Shown here piece after piece: positions 1 through 12,463 of a stretch of 64,000 nucleotides of DNA. The stretch's first letter is position 1. Each line of letters begins with the position of its first letter. The notes below the pieces were generated by a model that did not search any database, had not been told where the DNA came from, and saw only the letters and a list, made by a program, of their open reading frames with translations. A program made the position numbers and the translations under genes. Source of the DNA: Mustelus asterias (lineage: Eukaryota); contig NC_135817.1 of NCBI RefSeq assembly GCF_964213995.1, forward strand, positions 42,842,001 through 42,906,000, given 5' to 3'.

Positions 1-550
1 AGCTGATTTTTTTTGCTTCCAATTATATTTGAAATAAGAATATCAATGGGGGCGATTCTCCCAGCCCGTTGCACTGCTTTTGTAGTGCAGTGGGCCAGGA
101 GACTCAAGCGGGCTCTCCGCTGGGCGCCATAGTCTCGGTGAGTCTCTGGCAGCCGGGTTTCCGGCATTGTCAGCTCCACGCCAGAAATCGGCACAGAGCT
201 GCATAATTTATTTAAATGTAAATTTGAATATATTTTAAATATTATTAGCGGGCCCAGAGAGTTCCCCCCCACCCCCGCCCCCCACCCCACAAGGAGTGGT
301 TCACTCCAGCGGGTTTACATTAGCTCTCCACTTGCATGGAACGAGCAGCCCAACCCTGCTAGAGTGAAGGGGGGGAAATCGAGGCCCCCCCCCCGAGGGC
401 CGGAGGTAAGGGGGGTGTGGGTCTGCCTGGATTGGGGGTGGGGGGGGGGGTGTTGGAGCAACCGGTGGGGGGAGGAAGGGGAGATCGGGGCTGCCCAGCA
501 GTGGTGGGGGCGGGGGGGGGAGATCTAGGTGGGCTGCAGGTGGGGTGGGG

Positions 551-778
551 ACACAGTAAGAAGTCTCACAACGCCAGGTTAAAATCCAACAGGTTTATTT
601 GGTAGCACAAGCCTCTAGCTTTCGGAGTGCTGCCCCTTCATCAGTTGACTCACCTGATGAAGGGGCAGCGCTCCAATAGCTCGTGGCTTGTGCCACCAAA
701 TAAACCTGTTGGACTTTAACCTGGTGTTGTGGGACTTCTTACTGTGTTTACCCCAGTCCAATGCCAGCATCTCCACAT
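551..778. mobile_element. Penelope-derived fold-back (palindromic) mini-element with two inverted hammerhead-like cores
   Basis: Arms ~551-646 and ~648-747 are inverted copies of the Penelope terminus seen at 33854-33980. 12-bp TSD GGTGGGGTGGGG (539-550) / GGTGGGGCGGGG (779-790). Confidence 0.85.
620..644 (-). ncRNA. Minimal hammerhead-ribozyme-like core (Penelope type)
   Basis: The minus strand reads CTGATGA-A-GGGGCAGCACTCC-GAAA-GCT-AGA-GGC-TT, i.e. CUGAUGA and GAAA boxes around a stem II, followed by a short stem III. Confidence 0.55.
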
Positions 779-2299
779 GGTGGGGCGGGGGTCAAGGTTG
801 GCCTAGACATGTTCATGGGGCCAGCAATCAAGCCAGGAGTGACTTGGAGGGGCAGCAATGGGGGGTTGCGGAACTGTAGAGCGATCGAGCTAACCAGCGG
901 TCGGGTGGTCAGCAGTGTGGGGCCACTGTGCATGCGCCGATCTCGGTACTGACAGATTGATGCATTTGCAGTGGCCCACTCAGCACTATGCTGCCGGCCT
1001 CTCCTGCGGGGATAGGCCCCGCCCCACAGACTTCTCGCATGAATCACACTAGTGCACTCTGCAGTGCACAGAGTGTGAGAGATTCATTTTTAAACTCCCG
1101 CTGAAAAAAACAGCAGGATTTACTCCAGTTTTTACGCAAATTCAACACTTAGAATTTTTGGGGGAGAATCGTCCCCATGCTTTTTGTTTTTATTTTGGTT
1201 GTAGGACTAACATTGCTGACATATTTGTTCGGGATTATAAGTGGTCTGAAGCATGATTGCTCAAGAGAAAAGGTCCAAATAAACACATCCTGAGGTGAAT
1301 TAGAGGCTAATTATGACTATTGTTAGAATTGCATCAGCTCCTCTCCTTGTTATCCAACAATCTCTGTGGGTTATCACAAGGCCAGTTAAAGGAAAGCAAC
1401 TAAATAATTTTGTCTAAGGTTGGTCAGTTGGGATTTGGTGATATTTATGGTGACTCTAAAATAGCAGTTCTTCCATGATGCTGCTCATCACAAGTTAGAT
1501 GATGATCTGCTTTAGAATGTAACACGTAATGTAAAGCTGTGTTCGGTTTCGGCTTCAAAGTGCATGGCTATTAAGTAAGTGCAAAGTGAGATCATGTTGA
1601 GTCAATCAGTTTCAATAGCAGTTTTCAGGTCACCCATTTTGTTTGAATACTATTTTGCATCTGTAATAAAGTCTGGTGACTGATGTGTGACAAATTACCG
1701 TACAAGACTTATTAAGTATATATCTAATATTTGCTTATATGCATCTCCTAATACTGTTCCACCTACATTCAATCATGGTTTTCGATCATGTTTACAATTT
1801 CTACCATGTATTAGTCCTCCTTTCTATTGTGCCAATTTTCTCATTGAATAGTCACATTTGATGTCATTGAGTGATTGTTTGCTTACCTGAGTTGATCAAC
1901 CTCAGAACTAGTGCTTCCTGTGCAGCTCCACAAGGCCTTGTTCAGTCATAGCCATTGCCCGTCCCCCCTGCGGCTACCTTCCTTGTTCCACCTGCTACTA
2001 TCATTTTCCCCGCTGATGCTTACTATCCATTTGTTCTTGAGTCACCACTGCCTTGCCCTCTTCTTCACAGATACATTGGATCTGTCACTCAGCGGTGCTC
2101 CTCTTCATGCAGGTTTGGTTTTCCTGCATTGAGCTGGGAAGTAACATTAAGGCTTGCGTTGTTGCTCCTAGGTCAAGAGTGAAGAGTCAAGAAGGTTGGA
2201 TTTTTGTTCCGAGGTTGTGGAGTGAAATGGGAATCAAACTGGGTGACCCTTGAAAGAGTGTTGGGCTGCCAGGTGTGGAGGTGAACTGGGCAAAAGACC

Positions 2300-2450
2300 A
2301 GCCCCTGTGCTCTGCCACTATGTTCATCCTCATTGAAAGGATGGCATGTTTGACAGTGCAACACTCCACCAGTATTGCACTGGGGTGTGAGTTTAGATTA
2401 CGAGCTCAATCCCTAGCATGGAGCTGAAAAAAGGCTGACAATTAAACCAA
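2300..2450 (-). mobile_element. DeuSINE (SacSINE1-like) fragment
   Basis: Reverse-complement similarity to the copy at 36205-36550 (tgacagtgcaacactccaccagtattgcactg). Confidence 0.55.
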
Positions 2451-3022
2451 CTGCACCAAATACTATCCTTAACACTGATCAACAGAAATGAGTGCTGCTC
2501 TTTGACAAATATTTTTCTTTCAAATTTTCCTTTTGCAGCTCCGACTTTTGCTCACCATCCTGCAGTGGTCATTTGTTGATATTTCATTAATTATTTTTAT
2601 TGTTACAAATTAATTTACTTTCAGCAAGTGCAGGACTGAAGTATTGAAGTATTTTCACTGAAGGTGGGATTTCCCCCTTCCAGTGAGTCATTCTCCTTAT
2701 TGAGATTAAAATGTTCCTCACAACTTGCAAATTTGACTGCTTCTGCCAGGTGCAAAAGCACTTCTCAAATGTCACATTCTTTACATGGAAAAAATCTAAA
2801 ATGCTTTAGTATTTTTTTAATTGGATTGACCTTGACATTGCTTGAAATAGAAAATGAGTTCACAGGTACAACGGGCTTCACAAATGTGAATCTGATATAT
2901 GCAACAAATTAGAACAAATATTTTGTACATTGTAAAGAGGTGTGATTTTTTTGTTAACATAGCACAAACAGTGAAATGACTAACGAATCAAATACTATTG
3001 CTGGAAACCTCCAACCTTGTCC

Positions 3023-3133
3023 GTGGCTGGGGTTCTCCGGTCACACTGCAGTGAATGGATTTTGGCTGAGCACCAAATTCTCCATTCTCGCTGGCAGCGG
3101 GGCAGGATTGGGCGAGATCAGAAAATCCCACCC
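3023..3133. mobile_element. Short Harbinger-type MITE
   Basis: Ends ggctggggttctcc / gaaaatcccaccc. The body resembles the MITEs at 41181 and 56728. Confidence 0.55.
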
Positions 3134-3217
3134 TACATGTGAAAGAGACAGCAATAACCCAGTGAAGACAGCTCTGCAGTTGCCAGGGAGACAAGCAGGC
3201 TCTCAGAAATAAACACA

Positions 3218-3360
3218 ATGGGTTATAACTTCCAAGCTCTCAAACATCGGATTGGGTGGAGGTACCCCAAAAATGTGCTGGGGAATCCCTCTCAGAATTT
3301 CACAGATAAGGTTTGCATGGGAATTGCCCAGAGGTGCAAACTTCCTGTGCTGGGAACCAT
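3218..3360. repeat. Interspersed repeat fragment, second copy at ~44365-44500
   Basis: gggttataacttcc...aaggtttgcatgggaattgcccagaggtgcaaac aligns by eye to 44365-44490. Confidence 0.6.
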
Positions 3361-3509
3361 CCAAAATTGTGATTTAAAAGTACACTTCAAATGGTACCGA
3401 CAGGGTTACATGAATAGTAAATCAGAAGGAGCTTTCATGAGTTGCTGCAATGCATTTTGTCAATAGTACACACTGTTTTCATCATGCATTGATTCTGGAT
3501 GTTGGAGGT

Positions 3510-3987
3510 GATTTGATTTGATTTATTATTGTCACATGTATTATGATACAGTAAAAAGTATTCTTGCGTGCTATATAGACAAAGCATACTGTACATAGGG
3601 AAAGAAAGGAAAGAGTGCAGAGTGTAGAGTTAGTCATAGCTAGGGTGTAGAGAAAGATCAACTTAGTGTGAGCTAGGTCCATTCAAAAGTCTGATGGCAG
3701 CAGGAAAGAAGCTGTACTTGAGTTGGTTGGTACATGTCCTCGGACTTTTGTATCTTTTGCCTGACAGAAGAAGGTGGAAGAGAGTATGACCGGGGTGCAT
3801 GGGATTCTCAATTATGCTGGCTGCTTTTCCAAGGCAGCGGGGAGTATAGACAGTGTCAATGGGTGAGAGGCTGGTTTGAGCGATGGACTGGGCTTTGTTC
3901 ATGACCTTTTGTAGTTTTTTTAAGATCTTGAACAGAGCAGGAGCCATGCCAAGCTGTGATACAACCAGAAAGAATGCTTTCTATGGT
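3510..3987 (-). mobile_element. Rex1/Babar-clade LINE 3' fragment
   Basis: ORF 3663-3947 contains HPGHTLFHLLLSGKRYKS..TNQLKYSFFPAAIRLLN, the typical Rex1/Babar C-terminus. (TCAAA)n-type tail at 3510-3525. Confidence 0.8.
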
Positions 3988-4510
3988 GGTGGAAGGGGTG
4001 TCAATCAGGCAGGCGACCTTCTCTTGGATGGTGTCAAGCTTTTTGATTGTTGATGGAGCTGCACTCATCCAAGCAAGTGGAGAGTATTCCATCACACTTC
4101 TGACATGTGCTTTGTAGATGGTGGACAGGGTTTGGCGAGTTAGTAGGTGAGTTAGTCTAACCTGCTGTTGTAGTCACATTATTAAAACAGGTAGTCCAGT
4201 TCAGTTTCTAATTAATGGTAACCCTCAGGATGATGGTAGTGGGGGATTCAGCAACAGTAATGTCATTGAAAATCAAGGCGAGATGGAGAGCGGAATTTTA
4301 CCGGCATGTCCGCCCGAGTTTCGTACGATCCCACCTGAGGCCAACGGAGAATGCTCCCGGAATCGGGGCAGGCGTGCCAATAAAATTCCACCTGGAGTCT
4401 CTCTAGTTGGAGATGGTCATTGCCGAGCAGTGTGTTTCGTGAATGTTACTTGCCATTTGTCAGCCCAAGCCTGGATATTGTTGAGGTCTTGCTGCATTTG
4501 GACAGAATCC
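3988..4510 (-). mobile_element. L2/CR1-group LINE ORF2 fragment, interrupted by a MITE
   Basis: Peptide MEYSPLAWMSAAPSTIKKLDTIQEKVACLI, typical of the region downstream of the RT. Confidence 0.7.
4288..4393. mobile_element. 106-bp Harbinger-type MITE
   Basis: TIR GAGCGGAATTTTA / TAAAATTCCACCT. 3-bp TSD GGA (4285-87, 4394-96). CpG-rich, and interrupts a LINE. Confidence 0.75.
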
Positions 4511-4923
4511 ATGGGCAGTTAAAATTGACCTTCTTATGCTAGACCATCTCTCCAATTGCTGCAGTGCTGTGGTGCTCCATGATGGTGTTATTTTGAGAGT
4601 TTTAGGATTTTGACTGAATGACTGTGAAGGATAGGGAATTATATCCAATGAGCATTTTTCTGACATGTATACATCAATACCGTATTTCTATTTTGTGTTC
4701 AAAGTCCTCCTGCACCTTTTGTTTTCATCACTGATAATCATTTTCTTTTCATTGTTGTTTGCTTCAATGTTCACATCAACTGAATGAATGATCTGCCAAA
4801 AGTTGCTCTTGTCTTCCACCAACCGCACCATGCCAGCTCTATACAAGCTGCCTTAATAATTATTCCTATAATTTAAACCCTGAGATGCAGAGATTGGGTG
4901 ATATTTTTTGCACTGGAGACCAC

Positions 4924-5933
4924 AGAGGCAATTTTTCGACCTCTTCGTTCCTGGCGCAGATCGCGTTGATCCTGGAACATAGCGTGAGGGACTAAAAATC
5001 AGTTCCACGCCCAATGCCAAACAGTTTCCAATTGTCCTGGCCATCTTCTGCTGGTGCAAACAGGATTGTGCCTAGAAAGGGTGCGAAGTTAATTTGCATG
5101 AGATTGACTGGATTTCAATCTCATTAGTGAGTTCGGCAAGCGATCGACCCCTATCCTGGAATGTAAATCATTATTACTCTCTACTAGTGGAGAACAGGCA
5201 TGATGGCCATGCCAGGTGTCTCAGAGGCCATTGAAGACCTTGGGTGTTTGGGGGAATTGTTGGGCAGTTCCCATCTGGCAGTGCCCATGGGACATCCTGG
5301 CAATGCCCACCAGACATCCTGGCAATGTCCACTGAACTCCCCTGGCAGTGCCAGTTGGGTACTGCCAGTGTGTCAGAGACAGTGCCATGGGGTGGGGATG
5401 GAGCCTGCGTGGGACCTATAATGGGAGGGGGGGGGGGCAGCCTGAGTGGGAACTATAACTAGGGGGCCATTCTGAGGGGGGAATTGTGCAGGGGGGTTTG
5501 TGCAGGGGTAGATCATGAAAGGGGTTAGGGTGGGGGGCATGTTTGGAGTCGTGATGGGTAATCCTTTGGGAGGCCTCGATGCCAGCACGCTGTGTTGGGA
5601 TGGGGGTGGGGGAACATGCTGCTGGTGAGGGGAGGGGTCTCGACATCCATAGGGGAGAGGGATGGGGTCTCCCAGTGCACTGTGAGATCGTGGTACCTTT
5701 GTGAAATGGCACCCGAGCTCTCTGCAGCTAGTTCACAGGTGTGTTTAGGCTCCCCCCCGCCACCCCCCCCCCGACCTCCCTGCCCCTTAGTACCAGCGCA
5801 CACCTCACTACTGTCCAAAAAAGTGACTAAATGTGGGATGATTGTGGTCCGGATCACGCCTAGTGGACTGGCATGGAGCGCTCCAGTATTTTCGCCATTA
5901 TAACACTTCGGTTTTTTTGGGAAAATTTTGCCT
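4924..5933. mobile_element. Non-autonomous Harbinger derivative
   Basis: Ends agaggcaatttttc / gaaaattttgcct. The body is homologous to 26450-27246. Confidence 0.65.
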
Positions 5934-6114
5934 AACATATGGTGACAGGTGAGGTAAGTGAAACATTTCCGCACCAGTTTGTCTTGTTTGTAATTATTCA
6001 TGAATGTGAAGCATGTCATCTCTCATGGTGGAGCAGGCTGGGATATTACCGGCTGCCATATTTAAACCGCACCCAGACACATCATTCACTGTTCAAGGCT
6101 GCTCAAGGTGCGTG

Positions 6115-6670
6115 ATGGCACAGAGAGGGAAGAGGTCCGCTGCCTTCAAGTTCAGTGACATTGCGATTGGTGCATACCTTGATGCTGTTGAAGAATACTG
6201 GGAAATACTTTACTGCTGTGATGGGAGAAGGCGGCCCACCAACTGAACCATGCCAGCTTGGGAGCAGGTCGTCAAGGCAGTTCACGCAAATATTCCTCAG
6301 TAGAGCACCTCCAAACAGTGAAGGAAGAGGATGAATGATTTCATCTGCTCTGACAGGGTAAGTCAATCTTCATTTCATTCTCAGCCCTCACTCCCACAAA
6401 CCTATCAGGCATTCATGGGGTTACAGTCCACAGGGATCTCATACGCGATCAGCACAGGGACAACACCACTGACTCTCTCTTGAACACTTTAACTTCTTCA
6501 TCTTTTCTCACATCCTGTACAGGTAGCATCCTCACTCCTTACGGAGGTTCCCTCAGCACCCAGAGAAAATAGGCATCTTTATCATCTGCATTAGCATTCA
6601 CCTTGCTCACACCCTGTCCATATCTCTTTGTGCAGGAAAAGATCTTCCACAACAAAAGGAAGTGCAAAAT
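6115..6670 (+). pseudogene. Harbinger Myb/SANT-like DNA-binding gene remnant (exon 1 6115-6357, exon 2 from 6636)
   Basis: MAQRGKRSAAFKFSD..LDAVEE..W EQV..KRMNDFICSDR with in-frame stops. Donor AGG|gtaagt, acceptor ttgtgcag|EKIFHNKRK. TIR-like aaaatcctgcct at ~6765-6776. Confidence 0.8.
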
Positions 6671-6863
6671 TGCAAACTATTTTTATGTTGGCAGGAATCT
6701 GACTTTTGGCCACTCTGCATTTTCCTGTCCTTCTCGGCATGACACCCACTGCTGGCAGGACTGCAAAATCCTGCCTATTGAGTTGTACTTCTTTTTCCTG
6801 TGTAGAGAAGTTCCCTACATTCTTTCTTTCCTTTTCTTTCCTTCTTCCTGAAAGCCCCATTTC

Positions 6864-8635
6864 AAGAACATAAAAAATAAGTGCAGGAGTAAGCCATTTA
6901 GTTCATCAAGCCTGATTCATTGTGGTTTGAACTCCTCGTTCTTGTTTTTCCCCTATAATCCTTGATTCCCTTATTGATGAAAAATCTGTTTAACTCAGTC
7001 TTGAATATATGTACTGACCCAGACTCCGCTGCTATCTGGGGTAGAGAATTCCAAAGATTAACAGCCCTCTGAGAGTAGAAATTCCCCTCCCCCTCCTCCA
7101 TCTCAAATGGGAGATCCCTGATTTTTAACCTGTGTCCCAATTTCTAGGCTCCCCTACGATGGGAAACATTGGACTGTATTTAATGGAGGCAACAGGTTTC
7201 TTGCCCACTGGCTGGAGAGCCAGCTGTATTCAGTGCTTCTCAATTAGAGAGGCCAACCAGTCAGAGGTCGACAGCTGTGCATCATTGGAAAGGGTAAAGG
7301 GAGGGAATATGGGGAAGCAGATTGCCCTTTGGGATGTTCTGTGGTGGGCCTACGGTGCCCATTAAATAAACACCTCTCCAGCCTGGCACTAGAACTCAGC
7401 AGGTTTTACCTGGCAGTATTTAACCTGGCATGGGCTTCTCACGTCATGGGTAAAATTCCAGCAATGTGGCCATTAATTAACTACTTAAGGGTCTCAATTG
7501 GCCTCTGATCCCCACCCCCACTCATTGCACAATTGCAGTGGGAGAGGATAGGTGTCAGACATGGCAGGCACAATGACATTAAATTCTGGTTTAGGTGTGG
7601 TTTCACCAATGCCCTGTACAGTTTTGGCAAGTCCTCCCTACTTTTATGCTGCATCCTCCTTGCAATCAAGGATAACATTCTGTTTGCCTTCCCATTTATT
7701 AGCTACACACTAACTTCTTGTAGTTCATGTATGGGGATACCCAGATCCCTCTGTACTCCAGCATCCTGAAATCTCTCACCATTTAAATAATGTTCTGCTT
7801 TTCTGTTCTTCCTGTCAAAGTGGACATTTCACATTCTCACACATTATAGTTCCTTTGTCAATTTTTTACCCTCACTTAACCTATCTATAATCCTTTTGCA
7901 AACTCTTTGGTGTGTAACATCGGTGATGGGAATTTCACCCATGTCACCTCCAGAGGGAGGAATCAATGTGATAAAGAGCCTGGCAATCAGTTAACTGGTC
8001 AGCGATGGGCTTTCCCCACAATTTGGCTAGCGGTTCTCTACTGTTGGCAGTATTACCAGGAGTGGTGGCTGCTGTCAATAAAGCACTGAATGAGACACCT
8101 TGGATCGCTGAAGGACCAAAGCCATCGCTGAGTGAAGATGGGCTTGTGGTGGTGGGGGAGGGGGGTGGTTACAGGGAGGTGGGGGGGAGGTCACTGGTTG
8201 GGGGGAAAGGGGAGGGTTGAAAGAAGGGGCATGGGGATGGTCTTTGGAATACCCCTTTCCAATGCCGGGTTCCTCAATCAGGCACCGTGTACCATTAAAT
8301 GAGGGTCCCCGTCCCCAGGAGGCTGGGCTTATCAGTTTCTCTGCATGCTTTGTCCACAGTCACCCTTTGGTTAGATGGTAGGATGTGGCCCTTAACTGAG
8401 CAGGAATTACCCACTTAAGAGCTTCAATCAGTGTCTTGATGGGAAGGCCATGTCTGGGCCTTCCTGTTCAGGACTTAATTAGATGGAGGCGGGCAGGCAG
8501 TGGAATACCCATACGGCACCCTCCCATCTGATCAAATGCCCCTTGCTTCCAAATCCGTCTCCTGAGAGGGCAATAAATTCTGTCCTTTATACCCACCTCA
8601 CAACTTGCTTTCCTCCCTATCTTTATATTGTCAGG
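6864..8635 (-). mobile_element. CR1 LINE, degraded, split by two MITEs (~7170-7591 and ~7915-8586)
   Basis: Peptides GHRLKI..FYSQRAVNLWNSLPQ and LYRALVKPHL. CR1 3' tail at 6864. Confidence 0.85.
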
Positions 8636-10173
8636 TATTTAATCAAATAACACACCAGATGAACAGAAATGCTTCAATGAACATGCTGTGAAATTTTATT
8701 CAGCAACAAGAGAATATAGTTGCAGGTATCCATTTTAGATTCGAAAGCAACCATTTTGGATAAAATTCGTAAATGCAGCTTATTTTTTCCCAACTGCAAT
8801 GATGTAGATTTCCTTTTTCTGTTTGACGTGACCAGGTTTTCCTATTAAAATAACCTAAGATAGAGAAATGTCAGGTAATATGCTAAAATAGCATAATATT
8901 TTATTTTAAAGTTTGTATGTATTCTCGTTATTCCGTATTGATCTGCATTGGCATACAATTTACGTCATTCATGTGCTGAATATTCGGGAGGGTAAATTTA
9001 GCAAAGGCACTCATTTCCTTTGTTGCTTTGCTCATAAGGAATCCCTAATTGTTGCACAATTGATGATGCTAGTACACAAACCAATTTCTCTCATTGTTCT
9101 CTCTTTCACTGGAGCAAAGCAAAATAATCCAGCCTATCGTGTATACGAATGAGAGTTCTTTAGTAATCTGATAAACAGTGGATAAAACATTTGACGATAA
9201 AACAAGGCGTCTATTTAAACACCACTCACACTCTGGTCAACCAACAGCTTTTTTTAATCTGCATTACCATGGTGACTAACGTCGGCATGAATGTGGGAGT
9301 TAAACATTCCCAATCTAAGAACTGGTGTCAATTATAGAATAGACTGAAGCAGATCAATTTCTGAGTTGTTATGAAAATCTGTTGATGAAAGTCTTTATTA
9401 TATCGTTTTTCAATTTTACTCTCACTTTCAATTTCCCTTTCTTGCATTGCCAGTGCAACCTTTATGTTACCATTGCATCGAAGACTGTGCAAAATCTTCA
9501 TGAGATCTCCACATAGCTGCTGAAACTATGGCAACATGACCTGCATCCTAATCGCTTTTTACATTTAAAAAGGAAAATTACTTTGCTTTAAAATGCAGAT
9601 TCTCAGTGTAAGAAAAGCACTTGGCAAACTACTACTTTTATTTCTAGAAACAGAAAGTTGTTTTATATATATCCAGTGACATATGTTGCAGCATCAGGGG
9701 AAATGATATATCCCTGGAGCAGAATTGCTTCAGATTTGAGTAGCAAAACTATGTAAAACTCCTATCACCTTTAAACATTTGAACAGGTGGATCTGCTCAC
9801 ACTAAAGTTTGATCTAACCTAAATTTCAAAGAAACCTTTAGAAACTCATTGGCATGGAAAATTGGATGTGCCCATTTTTGGACGTGGTGGCTACAGATAC
9901 AATCCCTGACTGGACTGTTGAGTCCCAAAACATCGTATGTTACTATGGAGCAAAGGAAACCTGGATAAAACCACTGCAGCTAACCCCAAAAAATGATGTT
10001 GGAGCCAATGGGAAAATGGGAAGCCAGTAAGAGGTGATTGCAGGATTGAAAATAAAGCCAAGGGTGATAATCAGAAATTCAGAAGATTCTTGTTTATGAT
10101 GTCTGATGGCATTTGTTATCAGTGATAATTGATTTATCGTAATAGATTAAATCAAATTGTCTTGTAGGAGTGA

Positions 10174-11495
10174 GGGCAGCACGGTAGCACAGTGGTTAGC
10201 TCTACTGCCTCACAGTGCCAGGGACCTGGGTTTGATTCATAGAGTCATAGAGTCATAGACATTTACAGCATGGAAACAGGCCCTTTGGCCCAACTTGTCC
10301 ATGCCGCCTTTTTTTTAAACCCCTAAGCTAGTCCCAATTGCCCGCGCTTGGCCCATATCCCTCAATACCCATCTTACCCATGTAACTGTCCAATCGCTTT
10401 TTAAAAGACAAAATTGTACCTGCCTCTACTACTACCTCTGGCAGCTTGTTCCAGACACTCACCATCCCCTGTGTGAAAAAATTGCCCCTCTGTAACATTT
10501 TGTATCTCTCCCCTCTCACCTTAAACCTATGCCCTCTAGTTTTAGACTCCCCTTTCTTTGGGAAAACATATTGACTATCTAGCTGATCTATGCCCCTCAT
10601 TATTTTATAGACCTCTATAAGATCGCCCTTCAGCTTCCTACACTCCAGAGGAAAAAGTCCCAGTCAGCCTCTCCTTATAACTCAAACTATCAAGTCCTGG
10701 TAGTATCCTAGTAAATCTCTTCTGCACTCTTTCTAGTTTAATAATATCCTTTCTATCATAGGGTGACCAGAACTGTACACAGTATTCCAAGTGTGGTCTT
10801 ACCAATGTCTTGTACAACTTCAACAAGACCTCCCAACTCCTGTATTCAATGTTCTGACCAATGAAATCAAGCATACTGAATGCCTTCTTCACCACTCTGT
10901 CCACCTGTGACTCCACTTTCAAGGAGCTATGAAACTGTATTCCTAGATCTATTTGTTCTATAACTCTCTCCAATGCCCTACCATTAACTGAGTAAGTCCT
11001 GCCCTGGTTCAATCTACCAAAATGCATCACCTCGCATTTATCTAAATTAAAGTCCATCTGCCATTCACCAGCCCATTGGCCCAATTGATCACGATCCCGT
11101 TGCAATCCACGATAACCTTCTTCATTGTCCATTATGCCACCAATCTTGGTGTCATCTGCAAACTTACTAACCATGCTTCCTATATTCTCATCCAAATCAT
11201 TAACATAAATGACAAATAACAGTGGAGCCAGCACCAATCCGTGAGGCACAGGCTTCCTGGAGGATTCCTGGCTTGGGTTTGCACGTTCTCCCCATGTCTG
11301 CGTGGGTTTCCTCTGGGTGCACCAGCTTCCTCCCACAGTCTGAAAGATGTGCTGGTTAGGTGCATTGGCCATGCTAAATTCTCCCTTAGTGTACCCAAAC
11401 AGGCGCCGGAGTGTGGAGACTAGGGGATTTTCATAGTAACTTCATTGCAGTGTTAAAGTAAGCCTACTTGTGACACTAATAAATAAATTTAAACC
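10174..11495 (+). mobile_element. HE1-like V-SINE split by a CR1 insertion (parts 10174-10238 and 11263-11495)
   Basis: tRNA head gggcagcacggtagcacagtggttagc...gggtttgattc. V-domain gtttgcacgttctccccatgtctgcgtgggtttcc. GATTC is duplicated at both junctions. Confidence 0.9.
10239..11255 (-). mobile_element. CR1 LINE, 5'-truncated
   Basis: ORF 10638-11372 has [11 protein letters not shown] and LVRPHLEYCVQFWSP. ORF 10328-10600 has TRGHRFKV. (CTATGACT)n tail. Confidence 0.95.
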
Positions 11496-11569
11496 TTAAC
11501 TTTAACAATTTTGGCCTTGAATTCTATGACTTGTTTGCATGGAAACTGTATGAGTAATTTTAGTTCTTG

Positions 11570-12433
11570 GAAGCATTATGAACTGTGAGCAGTGTAGTGT
11601 AGAATATCAAAGGAACAAAGATAAGTTGGTGGGGTGGGTGAATGAGTGACAGATGATGTCACTGCAGAGAAACGTGAAGTGATTCATTTTGGTGGGAAGG
11701 ACATGGAAAGATAATATAAAGAGCACAACTCTAAAGAGGCTTTAAGAACAGAGGGATCTGAGTGTTTATGTGCATAAACCACTGAAGGTGGCAGGACACG
11801 CTGAGAGAGCAGTTAATAAAGCATACAATACCTTGGGCTTCATTAATAAGAGCATAGAGTACAAGAGCAGGGAGGTTATGTTGACTTTGTATATGTCACT
11901 AGTTCGGGCTCAGCTAGAGGATTGCATCTAGTTCTGGGCATCACTCTTTGGAAAGAATGTGAAGGTATTCGAGAAGGTACAGAAAAGATTCATGACAATG
12001 GCTCCAGGAATGAAGAACTACAGTTATGAAGATAGATATGAAAAGTTAGGACTATTTTCCTTTGAGAAAATAGATTGCTAGGAAATTTGATAGAGGTATT
12101 CAAAATCATGAGGGCTCTGGACAATGTAAATAGTGAGAAATTGTCCCCACATGTGAAAGAATCGAGAATGAGAAGGCACAGATGTAAAGTAATTATTAAA
12201 AGTAGATGATGTGAGGAGAATTTGTTTTTACCTAGTGAGTGGTCAGAATTTTCAATGCACTAGCTGAGAGGATGGTGGAGGCAGATTTAATTGAAGCACT
12301 CAGATGAAAAGTAAAAATGTGCATGGTTACAATGAGAAGGTACGGAATGATACTTGGTGAATTGCTCATTTGGAGAGCCAGTGCAGGCATGATGGGCCAA
12401 ATAGCCTCCTTCTGTGTCGTGATGGTTCTGTGA
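11570..12433 (+). mobile_element. Old CR1 LINE 3' portion
   Basis: Degraded ORF2 C-terminal motifs (gaagtgattcattttggt; VRAQLEDCI*FW) and the CR1 3' stem-loop tail gggccaaatagcctccttctgtg. Confidence 0.85.
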
Positions 12434-12463
12434 TTTAATTGGACTAATGGCCACTGACTCATG

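Larger units (their letters stand above)
48..1176. mobile_element. Non-autonomous PIF/Harbinger element (MITE-like), GC-rich, carrying a nested Penelope fold-back insertion
   Basis: TIRs GGGGGCGATTCTCCC (48-62) and GGGAGAATCGTCCCC (1162-1176). ATG follows the right end and overlaps the left G-run. Internal sequence is shared with the copy at 38783-40501. Confidence 0.8.

Noticed and set aside
1887-1905. Near-palindrome ctgagttgatcaacctcag
   Set aside because: Short and imperfect; expected by chance in 64 kb.
10174-10240. tRNA gene (also at 20270-20339, 30680-30745, 57600-57668)
   Set aside because: These are SINE heads that run into V-domain bodies and have no complete cloverleaf.
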